From assembly GCF_023055435.1 (NCBI RefSeq), contig NW_025963779.1:22444001-22508000 (forward strand): a stretch of DNA of 64,000 nucleotides. Direction: 5' to 3'. Within the stretch, counting starts at the first letter, position 1. Each line of letters opens with the position of its first letter. Position numbers and translations under genes: made by a program. The notes beneath the pieces were generated by a model, which saw only the letters and a program-made list of their open reading frames with translations, did not search any database and was not told the origin of the DNA. This DNA comes from Haliotis rufescens. Its lineage: Eukaryota. This document shows, one piece after another, positions 40,453 to 53,284 of the stretch.

Positions 40453-41327
40453 AAGATATTTAACTCTACAAATTTTGTGTGGTGAACAATAATCCAAAAA
40501 CCAGAAAACATAAGATAATAATTGTTTTTTAGAGCTCCTGCTGGTGATATGTCACAGGCTTTTAGTAATCAATACATCAACACAATGAGTGTGCTCCTCT
40601 CGAGCTCTATCGAGAATAGAGCACAATCATAATCATGTGAGTTGTCCCATTATAATCATAATCAGACACTGTAGATGAGATCTGTACAATAATGCTGACT
40701 TGGATCAACTCCAAAACTCAACGTGGCAGGGGTAAAAGATAATGTGTCATTTATATTTCTTATCTTTTGTTTTGTTGCTGCTAGGTAGGTTAGTGTTCAC
40801 AACGACCGACCGTGTAGAGTGCACCAATTGAAACCATCTAGACCTGATATATATGTGATATATGTGAATCAGGTTACTTGGCTTTACGTCACGGCTAGAC
40901 CCAGGTGTTCGACGGATGACTAGTTAAGTATGACTGAAAGATTTCATCTAACATACGAAAGTGAAGAGAGTTGTCAGGTACACTGACTACAAAAGCGTGG
41001 TATTAGGTGTACTAGTGAGATCCAATGACAATATGACAGTGTACGTGCCATAAAGTTGGATATATGTTGTCAAGACTATGGAAATTACTTTTGTTTTTCA
41101 TGTGAAGATGAAACTTAAGTAGACCCATTCCAGACACTGCTGACAGACGCAAGGAGAGTTCAGGAACACTGGGTCAATAACACTCTATGTTACATCACAA
41201 CGTTGATTGGATGATCCAATCTCTATATTTATTGATTGGTATGTCAATTAGCAATATAATTAAAATGGTATCACTGATGAAGCGGATCACATTAACACTG
41301 AAGATTGGTTGACTGAAGTCTGTGGCA

Positions 41328-43068
41328 ATGAATGCCAAAGAACGGTTGACTCTGCAGAAGTTCCACAATGTGTTGGTTGAAGGTATCATGCTGAGTGAGA
41401 CTTTCCTTGGAGAGTTCATAGCACAAGGGATTCTAGATCTCGACCTTAAGGAGGAGATCACAGTAAGTCTTTCAGCTCCACTGTCTGGCAGTGAATAGTG
41501 CAATATGCAACTCTCAAATTGTTCAGACTTGTTGATTTGAAACATCATCCATGAACAAACAACTTTAAGGTTCTTTTTTAACATCAAATTGTACCATTTC
41601 TTGTGACATTAACATTCTAAACATGCAATGTGAAACAATCGATAAAGCCAAACCAATTTCTTGTTTTACAGAATATCTTGCCAGAAAGTTTGCTAAAGTC
41701 AAACTGAAGATACAAAGTTGTGTTTGATTTGAAATATACATTTTTATACATTGATTATTAGTTTTCTTTAAATTATAAATGAAACCATATATATGGGGAA
41801 AATGAAATGTATATCCTTTACATGGACTCTTCTAAATTGATCATCATTTCAGCCTGGAAAATCTTTTAAACAGGAAACAAAATTTATCTGGCCTAAAATT
41901 AAAATTATTTGGTTATTCTCAATATCAAATGACTATATAATTTTTAATTTCTGAACAATAGTTTTCAACAACAAAAAAGCCTCTCCCACTCCATTCCTCT
42001 TTAACATTGAATGGTCAGTTCCGAATGTAATTGTTTTCAACTACTTACAAAGACGATCGATATATTTTAGTTTTGCAGATATTTATCCAGCATGCCAAGC
42101 CAGGTTAGTGAAGTTGTATGCATAGAGATTACTGCAACTCAGACATGGGTAATAAAAATAGACATATCACATTCAGATGTCATAGATTTATTGAAGGGAT
42201 AATCTCACAGATGACATTTAAAGTAAATTACAGATATAGATATATCCTAGTGACTGTGGTATGCACCTTTACCACGTTACACACACATCTCAATGGACAT
42301 GAAGGAAACTGTTTTTCATCTTGGTATGTAGTTTCAGGGGATCCTGGAGTCATTGATTCTTTCCAGTATTCAGTATAATCAGTAGTTGATTATAAAGATG
42401 CCCCAAAATTAGGGTATCATTTGGTTTTTTATTCTTAATTTTCTATTACTGTACAATATAGTTGTATGGTATAGTGAAAATTGGTTTGGTCAAGTATATT
42501 TAGTACCATATTTGGTTTTCACACAAACATGTTTTCACTGAATTTTTATTGTAAATCAAACCTACATGCAGTCCATGACTCACCAGTCCAAAGCTGAGTC
42601 CTTCTGTCTAGGCTAATAATAGTCATTACATTCAGACTAAAATCTTATTAAAAAAGAAGAAGCCGAAAGACATGTTCATGCCAGTAGACACTAGTCGTGG
42701 ATCAGCAATACCGGTAGACAGGTAGACAGGTAGACATTGGTCCTTGATGCCTATACAATGTACCAATAGTCTTGGCTCAGTATCTGATAAATAAACATTA
42801 TTTAACAAACACCATAAGTTAATAAAAAAATAATTTACATTCCAAAGTTAGGATTTTTACTAAGGAGTGATTTAATATTAAATATTTTTAAGAATTATTT
42901 CTCACAGTTTAGTTTAGGAATGTGTCATGATTACTAATTACTACTCTGCATGAACATAATTACACTGAAATGTGAAAATTTATGTTTCAATTTCAGTTGG
43001 ATTTAATGGATTTAAACCAGTGACTATTTTACATTTTTTTAAATATTAAACTGAATATTAGACAATAA

Positions 43069-43140
<72 letters not shown>

Positions 43141-43208
43141 GCATTGCATTATATGAAAATAATTACACTGAAATGTGAAAATTTATGTTTCAATTTCAGT
43201 TGGATTTA

Positions 43209-43267
<59 letters not shown>

Positions 43268-46200
43268 GCATTGCATTATATGAAAATAACACTACTTTGC
43301 CACACAGCAGTCATGTGTATTGCCAATACCCAGGTCTGGTAGACACTAACATTTAATATTTTTTAACAAAACATTCATATGACTTGAAATTCTGTGGTCA
43401 AGATTTTCAACTAGGAATAAATATCAAAAGTGGGACAACAAACTTGCATCGAATATGCATCATAATCATAAAAAACATAGTTTGTAACATTTTCTGATCA
43501 TTTTCAAGATCTGCATTTTTAGTTTTAGGTTTAAAGAAGCATGGGGTGATGGGACAATCTGTATATATGTATATGTTCAGTTATTGACTGACTAATTGGT
43601 ATTCATGGAAAATAAATTTTAAATATAGGCATTTATTTTGCTCATTTCTTATATACATCAAACAATAATGTTAATGAGTCATTGACACTGGACATGCATA
43701 TTTATTGGTCTCACCAATAATGAGTGTGTGAGTATGTTTTTATGCCGCTTATAGCAATATATCAGCAATATGAGGACAGGGGACACCAGATATGGGCTTC
43801 AAACATTGTATCCATGTGGGGAATGAAACCCAGGCCTCTGATGTGACAAGAAAACGCTTTTACCACTTGGCTACCCTACCTCCCCCTCACCAGTAATGAA
43901 ATACCTAACAAATGAACAGACAGTTTAAATTGAAAACACATTCTTGGGACAGGCATTGATTTACATTTCTTATAAAGCATTTGTTTACCATTATATGCTT
44001 CGTTCATTAAAACTCCACAGGACTGGTGAAATTGTTTCGTAGTTCAGTACTTTTTTTTTGATTCCCCAAGTATTCATAAACATGTAATTCACAGTCATGG
44101 ATATATTTGGTACTTAAGTTTATATCCACTTCTTGGTATTGTCAAACATGAACATGTATCACAATGACTAAACTCAGTAGACAGATTGTGACCAGTTTCA
44201 TGACATGTGCTGTATGACCTGTGAAGATCCGGGTTAGAATAGGTCTTCAGCAACCCATGCTTGTCATAAGAGGCGACTATGCTTGTCGTAAGAGGTGCCT
44301 AACAGGATCGGGTGGTCAGGCTTGCTGACTTGGTTAATGCATCCCAATTGCCTAGATCAATGATATCAATCACTGGATTGTCTGGTACAGACTTGATTAT
44401 TTACAGATAGCTGGAATATTGCTAAGTGCCATGTTAAACAACAAACAAACAAATAAACAAACATATACTGTACCATGGAAACTGGTAGTGTTACTTTCTG
44501 TCCATTTCAGATAAAAACAGACAGTTACAGTGATATGGATTGAACTTGTGATTAGGTTTAACAAATAAAGCGACAAAACCATTTCCATATTCATAAGAAA
44601 TCTCTGCCAAAAATAGTCGATTGTACAATTCCAACTATATCATGAGCACGTGTTTATGAATCACTATCAAATAAACAAACCCGAGGCACAAGGCCTGAAT
44701 CTAGTAAAATTATTTTTGTTCTTAAGTTGTCTAAGGTAATAATTGTCCACTGGACTGCACTGAAAATTATGCTTAGAGCCATATTTGGGCAAGTAGACTC
44801 AAAAGGTTTTCACCCAGATTGTATCTGTGTTTGCTTTAACAATGTACTACTCCATGTTGTTTCTAAAGACCTTGACCCTAGTTTACAATATCAACTTCTG
44901 TTCATAGAGACTGACCATATGAACTGACACTGAAATATTCCATGGAGACTTGATGACAATATTTTTCAGTGTGAGGTGACCGTAGAAGCCAAGAATGCCA
45001 AGTTTCTGTCGGTCTTGCCCCGCCGTGGTCCCAATGCCTTCCCCACCCTACTGCGAGTGCTGGAGAGACAGGCACCCTGGATCAAAGATGAGTTGGAGAC
45101 ATTCTACAACAAGCAGAGACGTATGTTATCTCCCTTGTTCAACATATTGCTGTATATATTCCCATGTCTTCCACTGTAGCCAGAAGTCCAGGGCTTACTA
45201 GTGAATACTGCATTACAATGCACATCCGTCAACAAATAAACAACCCTACGTGACTCTGGACTACACCAGGGGTTGATACTATGACTAATGTTCCACTGAC
45301 ATATAATAAACAATAGCCAGGTCACACATTGTTACTCCTTAATTTCATTTTATAAAGAAAAACCTTTCTGGTGGAATCTTCTGAACATGATTTTTGCATG
45401 TGCTCTCAGTGATTGAAATGAAGGAGGTCATGGAGTCCTTCATGTTCAGTCACCCAATAAGGACCTTTCAGACACATCTATTTTGTCTATAACATGTGGA
45501 TTATGGCATGATGGATAATTTGTGTTTACTTGGTATATTCTGCTTATATTAGCATTAATATCTTCCAGGTATCGTGTACACTAGGGACGGTGATTTCGTC
45601 CCTGATGATAATACAGATATACAGCCCAGTTATGATCCTCCAAACAGAAGCCAGAGCAGTACTGTACTGGAAAAGGCAGTGCAGACGCTTGAAGATTTCC
45701 ATAACGAAGAAGATGTCAGTGTCATAAAAAGTTTGCGATCAACAATCGAGCATATCTATCTGAGACTGGTGACCTACCTCCATAGTCAAGGAATAAAGGA
45801 ATTTAACATTGTTGAATTAAACGTAACCTCTGAGCTACTAGACAGAGTAGCGAGGGAAATGTTGAATGTTGTGTCAAACAAGGACAACATACTTTCAAAT
45901 ATTTCCAGTCAATTTAGCGAAACTGAGAAGCAAATGGCAGAAAATGATGTGTGTAGCATGGTCAAGAGAGTCCTCTCAGATAAAGCATCACTGAAACATT
46001 ATCTTGACAATAAGGACTTGGAGGTGATGGAGCTAGAGAAAGAATCAAATAAAAGAATTGAAACCCTGGAGGACAAGCTCAGGCAGCTTGAGGAGAAGGT
46101 CGAGGAGAAGCAGCTTCGTGTACTAGCACTGGAGGAACAGTTGCAGGGTAAAGAGAGTGAGATCCAGAAGTTGGAAGTTGCTGACAAACTGCGGCTACAG

Positions 46201-47073
46201 GAGCCACTGTTGAAGAGAATACACAGCTTGATAGATGAGGTGTCCACCGCAAAGAGTCAGAAGGAGAAACAGATGTATCAGACAGAGCAGGAGTATCAGG
46301 ATCTGCAGAAGGATACTATTGGACTTGAGAATCTGTTGAATCAGCTGAAGGGTGTTCATCATTACCATGAACAACAGCATAGGAGTCATGAGCGGTATCG
46401 ATCTGTATCCCAGAGCATCAACAATGAGAATATTGGTAGAGATGGAAAGGTGTATCAAGGCATGTTTTCCTCTGAACAAACTTTGACTGTTGATAGTCAT
46501 TTAGGGTTTGACATGTCAACCAATAAGAATGAGAAAACTTACCAAACAAAACCCAGTAGAAGTCCCAGGAGAAGATTAAAGAGAAGTCCTAGGCCTGGCA
46601 ACATGCTAGTTAACAGGTCAAATTCAGACACTGTGCCTACTTCGCCAAAGCAGAAAACACCTCGATACCAGCAACCAATATTTAGTAGGCAAGTTTCAGA
46701 ACTTCACCTTGATAACCGATCAACATCAAGACAAAGTACAGATTTCCTTAGGTCAGTGTCAAGACAAGGAACAGACTTGTCCAGATCTGTATCCAGACAG
46801 GCTACTAATTTCTCTTTGAAAAGCAGCACTATGTCTATGCCATACACAAGCCGCCAGGGCACAGAACAGTCTCTCATGAATGGACACCAGTCCCGGACAT
46901 CAGTCAGATCTGAAGACATTGACCCTCTTGCATCTGCTAGACAAACACCTCGTGATAGTCCTCAACTACAATTAATGACCAGATCTGAAAGTGTTAGGTC
47001 AAATCCAAGGCAAAATCGTGCCACATATCAGACAAGAAGGGAAAGAACATGTCGTCTACTGTACATGAGGTGA
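41328..47073 (+). CDS. CARD-coiled-coil protein, paralogue C (596 aa); exons 41328-41462, 44970-45120, 45569-47073
   Basis: GT-AG introns in phase 0 and phase 1 give one open frame: MNAKERLTLQKFHNVLVEGI...KEEIT|CEVTVEAKNAKFLSVLPRRGPNAFPTLLRVLERQAPWI. A helical domain, coiled coil and Ser/Arg-rich tail follow. Confidence 0.9.
43074..43263. repeat. (TA)n and (TCTA)n microsatellites within a local duplication
   Basis: Seen directly; ataattacactgaaatgtgaaaatttatgtttcaatttcagttggattta and tgaaagcattgcattatatgaaaataa each occur twice nearby. Confidence 0.9.
43722..43885 (-). mobile_element. SINE family B copy, diverged
   Basis: Collinear with family B; TSD ctcacca(a/g)taatga. Confidence 0.85.
44217..44461 (+). 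mobile_element. SINE-like family C, near full-length copy
   Basis: gacctgtgaagatccgggttagaa...gtcgtaagagg...ctggaatattgct...(aaac)n. Confidence 0.85.
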
Positions 47074-47684
47074 CAAGGTGCATTCGTAGTTGAAAGATAG
47101 AACAGGACAAGCTTATTTTGTTGACACACTGTCTCAACATATTTATGTATCTGTGGAGGCTGACCTAAAGTTTCCTACTTGAAAGCTATTTATGTTTAAG
47201 GGAATACTTGGAGAAACGATGTTCAAGATCACCATCCAAAATATTACACTTACCATCCTAAAATGGTGAATAGCTCAAATATAAAAAGGAGCATTATGAA
47301 CATTTATTTATATAGTTTACAGAATACAATCAGAGAAGGAGTCTTCTGGCTTTGAAAACAGCCTGAACAAATGACTCAATCATTATCAATTATTTTCAAT
47401 CACTATTCATTGAGATGGATGGATCTAAAAGCACAGAAGTACCTTTCACCTCACTGGCAATGTATCTGTCACTTGACTTGACTTGAGTGCATTATCATTT
47501 TATACTGCATCAGCAACTGTGCGATAATTTGGGTAAAGACATCAGTTTATACCTCTTGCTGAGACCATCAAACTCAAAGTCACAAATACTTACAGCATGT
47601 GATTACCCTGTAACACTAACTGCTTTCTGGATAACAATGTATTTTTGTTTGTTTCTGTGTTACCTGGTTTACAGCTCCTAGACC

Positions 47685-48190
47685 CAGAGCTCCAGATAAG
47701 CTGCGTATCTGCGTAAAATAGGCATCAGAAATGCAGAAATATGCAGTAAAATAAAATCCAAGCGTATCAAATACGCAATGAACATTACAGATACGCTACA
47801 AAAATAAAACTTGTGCGTATCATCAAAATATTGTGAAGTAACCCTGCGTATTCGATTCGCAAATCAGCAACTTATTTTGAAATTATAAACGGGCATTCCG
47901 TCAACCTTGCCAAACTCCACGATGACAGTTACATCATGATCATTTGCCATCACACTTTCTTGTGGAAGTATCGTGGTATTTTTGAGTCCTACAAAGCTCT
48001 CGAACCCACACGACACCAGTTTGCAGGGACTAGATGAATAGTGTTTTTAAATATTTAACTTAAATACCCATATGTGTAAAGACTAGTGGGTAACAGAAAT
48101 TTGAATACCCAGATAGAATTACTGATACACAATTATTTTAAGATGCATGGGTAAAATACCCACAACACCAAAAGCTTATCTGGAGCTCTG
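47685..48190. mobile_element. MITE with perfect 18-bp TIRs and a 6-bp TSD
   Basis: cagagctccagataagct / agcttatctggagctctg, flanked by tagacc on both sides. Confidence 0.85.
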
Positions 48191-49748
48191 TAGACCATTA
48201 AATTTTTCAAATGTTTAATAAAAAAATAATGTGCAATCATTTTATTCTCTCTGGGTCGGTTAAATAACACAATAATAGTGTTGCAGGCATAGGCCCATTT
48301 TCAAGGCTTGTTATGTTGAATAATGAAATGTATAACAGAGTAATCATTGTAATCTGTAATAATTGTTACCATCAAGTATGAAAAAAAATCCATAAACCAA
48401 GTAACAAAAATTAAAAGGCCATTCACACAGGTGAATAAACATGGACTGACATGTAATGTTCCTGTCATGCTGACTTGGTGTATTATGTGGACACATATAA
48501 TCTTTATGTACATTCTATTTCATTTGTAGTCACTAGGTGAAGGTAAAGAACTTTATCATGATATACACCTGAAACATTAATGTGCCAAATTATTTTGATT
48601 TTTTGTTGAGTTTATTCTTCACTAACATGTCTTTCATGTTGATACATAACTCTTGTTGCCTCTTTACTAACAAGGATCACTGTTGTTTTAAGCATAATTT
48701 TATTATTCACAATCATTAATTAAGTGATCAACCATGTCTAGGCAGTAGCATTAGAGCATGTACTTTATGTAGACAGACAGACAGATTGTTTATTCACCTT
48801 ATTCACCTCAAAATAAAAATACAGTAAATATGTCAATAAAATCTGAGCCACTCCTATACAGAGTTTTGAGATGATATTCGTAGTATATACATTCAGTTAA
48901 ATGTAAATGTGCAGGAAGACATGTTAAAACCTATACATAGATCTACAAAAAGGATATTAGCAGCTATGTACATAAGATTTTTGCTTTAAAGTATAAATGG
49001 CAGGTTTAGGCAGTAAGAAGACAAATGTTGGGGTTGGATAATATATAACTTAACTTTTGTAGGTCATTAAATTGTTTAAACTTTATCACATTCTTCATTT
49101 CTTTTGTCATTATGTACGTCATGATGTCGCTACCTTCAGTAATCTCATGTTATTACAACTTGTAGTCTAACTATTTTGCAATATATGAGGCGCAAGATGT
49201 AAGTTGCCACAAATTGCTGCACAAAGCTCTGTTCCTCAGTAACCATGATCCACTGGTCATGGACTTGTAATCCTACATTCACCCCCATTGTGATCCTTGC
49301 TCTTTCCAGAGATCACATACCAATGTATGTATCTGGTCTTTCTATTCAGAAAATGTCCTTAATAAGACTTCAAAATCTAATCCCTGGCATTGATAGCTGT
49401 CGTTATTGTTGATTTGATCCAAGAGCTGGTGATTGAGACCACACAGGCATGTCTCATGACCTGCTATGTTCATTTTTTCATTGTTGTGTTCCTGCTTGAC
49501 AAGAGCACAGTCATGTCATCAATTTGATTTTAAGAATTTAATTGAAACAATATATATATTTGTGAAACCAGTTGAGTAAATTATAAAGCTCATCTTTGGA
49601 CTTTCGTGTTTTATCTATCTGTCTGTCTGTCTGTCTATCTATCAGATTCAATGTTGAGAAGAGAAAAGCCCACGGCGATATTTGCTAATATATTGGCAAG
49701 TGAACAATCCCAATTAGCACCCCTTCCGATTGATCAATGTACATAAGA

Positions 49749-49974
49749 CTTATTTATTCGCATATAATACGCACTCGTGTGTTATATCCACCCTTAATTA
49801 CGGGCAATTAAATTAGGAAAAATGTATATGTCGTATATAAACATTTTAGGCTGTCAGCATAAACCACAAAATTTATCTTTCAACTCTGTCTTTTTCACAC
49901 AAATAATATTCTAATAAGAGCCCCCTATTTCTAATTTGAGAGCGCCCTGGGCACTTATTATGCCGAATACGGTA
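49749..49974. mobile_element. MITE related to 21759-22105 (inverted, shorter)
   Basis: Reverse complement of about 21757-21990. Confidence 0.75.
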
Positions 49975-50769
49975 GCCATGATGTTGCTTCTCATGACGTG
50001 ATTGTCCTTCAGTCATTGCTGTGGTTCGCTGAACATGTGGGATTTCTTGTGTTGCAGCTCGGGATACAACAGACTGAGACTCGACTCCCGTGAGGCATAT
50101 ATATTATACAGCAACTTCAGATACATTCGAATACTTTCTTTCCAACACTGAAATGATGTGGAATTGCTGTGTAGGGAAATGTACAGAATCTGCTATGACC
50201 ACGTTTCCTCCATGTATTATGTGTCTGGCTATATGTGCATAGCTTCAATGAAGAAACTCTCCTATTGCATAGCATATACTTTTGAACATATTTTAAGATC
50301 ACAATTTCTGTAATGCAAAAGTGTATGTCACATAGATTAAACACTATAAGAGCATTAAATAAATTGAAATATGATTGTAATAAGAATATCCATGAGTTTT
50401 ACCATAATATTTACCAAATGTACACGTAATGAGTGGGTAAATGTTGTTTCTGCTATAGGCAGTAATGGTTTAGTTGTACCATGGCAGACTGAATAATTGA
50501 GAAGGGACCAGAAATAACAGCGAATGACAGCATGAGCAATGATCCAGTACAATGACACACAATCTTCCAGCCACACATTATAACACCTGATCTACATTTT
50601 AGTCGGTCCTTCTACAAGAATGAGGAAGTATTCAGACTGAAATGGCAACATGAGAGAGTGAGTGTTGTCTTCACTGCAGTCAGCACAACTCTGTCAAGGT
50701 GGCCTGAGAGTAACTGGGCTGTGATGGGCAAACCAGTGGATGACAGTATGAGTAACAATCCACACTATC

Positions 50770-51160
50770 AGACACACAGTCAGCCTCTTCTTGTTAACTA
50801 TCATGACAAGCATTAACACTAGAGATATACAACGTACACACACAGTCAGCCTCTTCTTGTTAACTATCATGACAAGCATTAACACTAGAGATATACAACG
50901 TACACACACAATCAGCCTCTTCTTGTTAACTATCATGACAAGCATTAACACTAGAGATATACAATGTACACACACAATCAGCCTCATCTTGTTAGCTGTC
51001 AAGACACAATGAGCACTAGAGATATATATCATACACACACAATCAGCCAGTTAACATTCCATCTTCATCTAGGCTGTTATGACACAATGAGCACTAGAGA
51101 TATATATCATACACACACAATCAGCCAGTTAACACTCCATTTTCATCTAGGCTGTCATGT
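50770..51160. repeat. About 69-bp tandem repeat (3 near-identical plus 2-3 variant units)
   Basis: Unit cagcctcttcttgttaactatcatgacaagcattaacactagagatatacaacgtacacacaca; it explains the 23-aa periodic ORFs. Confidence 0.9.
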
Positions 51161-51466
51161 TCACTAAATATGAAGTTTGATTAATATTTGTTGGAATACA
51201 TTCGAATCAGTTTTTTTAATCCACATTCTGCTAACTATTCAAGTTCAATTATCTATGAAGCATGAGATGTACAGAAATTTTATTTGCATTGGCTAGAGGT
51301 TTCAAATCAAATGTTTGGGCAGCCCACTCAGCCATCTAGGCTTCAACAATTATGGAAGTCTGACAACCAGTAGTCTTGATCACATACTTTGTGTACCCCT
51401 CTGACAAGTCTAAACTGGCACGGCTCCAATAGCCAAAAGGTATGAATGCACAATGTCTTTAAGAAA

Positions 51467-51590
51467 GTATGGTGCTGACAAACCAAGGACCATAATTATC
51501 GCATATGTGTGATTCAAACCCATAATCATGCAATCCTGGCACACCAAAGGAAATGCAACTCTGCATGGCCTTGGACGATTGAACCAACCA
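51467..51590 (-). mobile_element. Degenerate SINE family A fragment
   Basis: gtatggtgctgacaaacc...gattcaaacccataatca matches the family A reverse complement. Confidence 0.6.
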
Positions 51591-53284
51591 AGCCTCCATT
51601 TACACATGAACTGTCTACAATTTGAGATACGTGTAATCAGATCCATTGGATATATACAGTTTATCTTCTATTTCTATGAAATATAAAGGCAGGACTATGG
51701 TCATCTTCTTGATTCTGATGTATTATATTCCATATTGTCCCATTTTGACATCTACACTCAAGATAACTCTGATGAAAATGTAGGTGCTGAACGACTTGGT
51801 CTAATCAAGGACAGCTAACTTCGGAAGTTTATTACAGCTCTCTTCTCGTGAATTAAAGGACATCTATCATGACTGTGTGAGACAAGTCATGACTGTGTGA
51901 GACAAGCAACTTACCGGTGGAGCAGGATACACTCTTCTTTTCATGAACACCTCTGTCATCACTATTTGATAGTGATTTATAAACACATACTTATGACATA
52001 GTCAGAATCATAAAGAGGACTCTGCTTTTTGCAGAGATTTCCTTTGATTATGATGTGAAAGAATAAAGCAATGTGTGGACTGTTTAAGATACCACATTAG
52101 TTGCACCATCCATTTTAGGAGTGAGTGAGTTAATGTTGTTCAACTGTACAATTGGCAATATCCAAGCTACTTACACAAACCACTGACTGAACGCATGAGC
52201 CAAGGTTCATACTATTGGGGCAAGAGGACCTGTAATCACCCACCATGCCTGACCAACCGATCCCCTTTAGATGTCTCTTACAAGCAAAGATTAGAATCAT
52301 TTGAAATTTCTTATTTTATAACAAGCTGTGCAGGAATGTTTCTTGTTATGATGTTTGATAATGCTGGTTGAACTAGTCTGTAAGTGACACGCTAGATAGG
52401 ATGATATTTACAATAAGAGTAAGCTGGTCCAGGTGAGCAGGGAGAGAGAATGCTTATATTTTCTTGCACAGACCAGGTATATGGTCCTACCATGTGAGCA
52501 GTGATTTTACATCCACTTCAGTGATGTTCACAAAGCAAGCATGTCCTCAAACACAAGTGACATACCATCAGCTGCTGCCAATACAAGAGGAAATACTTCT
52601 CACAGACAGCAATGTTACAAGATGTCATCACATTGATGTCAAAACAAAACCAAGGAAACAACCAAAGTTCTCACTTTACACATCCTAGTCCCAAGCATTA
52701 AAAGTACAAAACCTCTATGATGTTGATGGGAAGTTGCTGAATGAGACATAGCAATTATCTCTCACAAATGCTACAAGACCAGATTGCCTTTTTTTCACTA
52801 TTATGAAGATGAATTTAAAGACAGATAAAACTTGTAACCTTCATGTGCATTGCTTATCCCATATAAATTGTTGTTTGGGTACATGTAAAATCACAAGATG
52901 TTCAGAATACAGTCGTTTAATTCTGTCCTAAAACTGCACTTATTCACACTCCCATCTAATGAAAACACTCTAAAATTTAGAGGGTAACATGATTGTTGTC
53001 ATAGCACAAAAAATCAAACAATAATTATCATTGTTAATAATTCAAAGAATATTACCTCTATTACATCAGTGCTATGAATACTGTATTTCAGCTGTCATAA
53101 CACTATAAAAAATTTAAGATTTTCAACAAATGTCCTCTTCTCTGTCAACTACTTATACTCAACACTATTAGCATCTCCCTCCCTAAGACTGTTGCGTATG
53201 CATGAGGCGGGAAAACATTAGTTCCTTCCAATATCAGCAACTATATGATATAATGTAGAGGGGAATGTCTGAATAACTCTCTAT

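Noticed and set aside
45999-46919. Antisense ORFs over the coiled-coil exons (also 25398-25970, 35588-36108 and 7677-8063)
   Set aside because: They are shadow ORFs expected opposite E/K/Q-rich coding sequence.
23949-47073. Naming these genes CARD9, CARD11, CRADD or CASP2
   Set aside because: No death domain, caspase domain or MAGUK module is visible, and orthology cannot be established without a phylogeny.
50694-51167. ORFs with 23-aa repeats
   Set aside because: They arise from the 69-bp tandem repeat and have no supporting gene structure.
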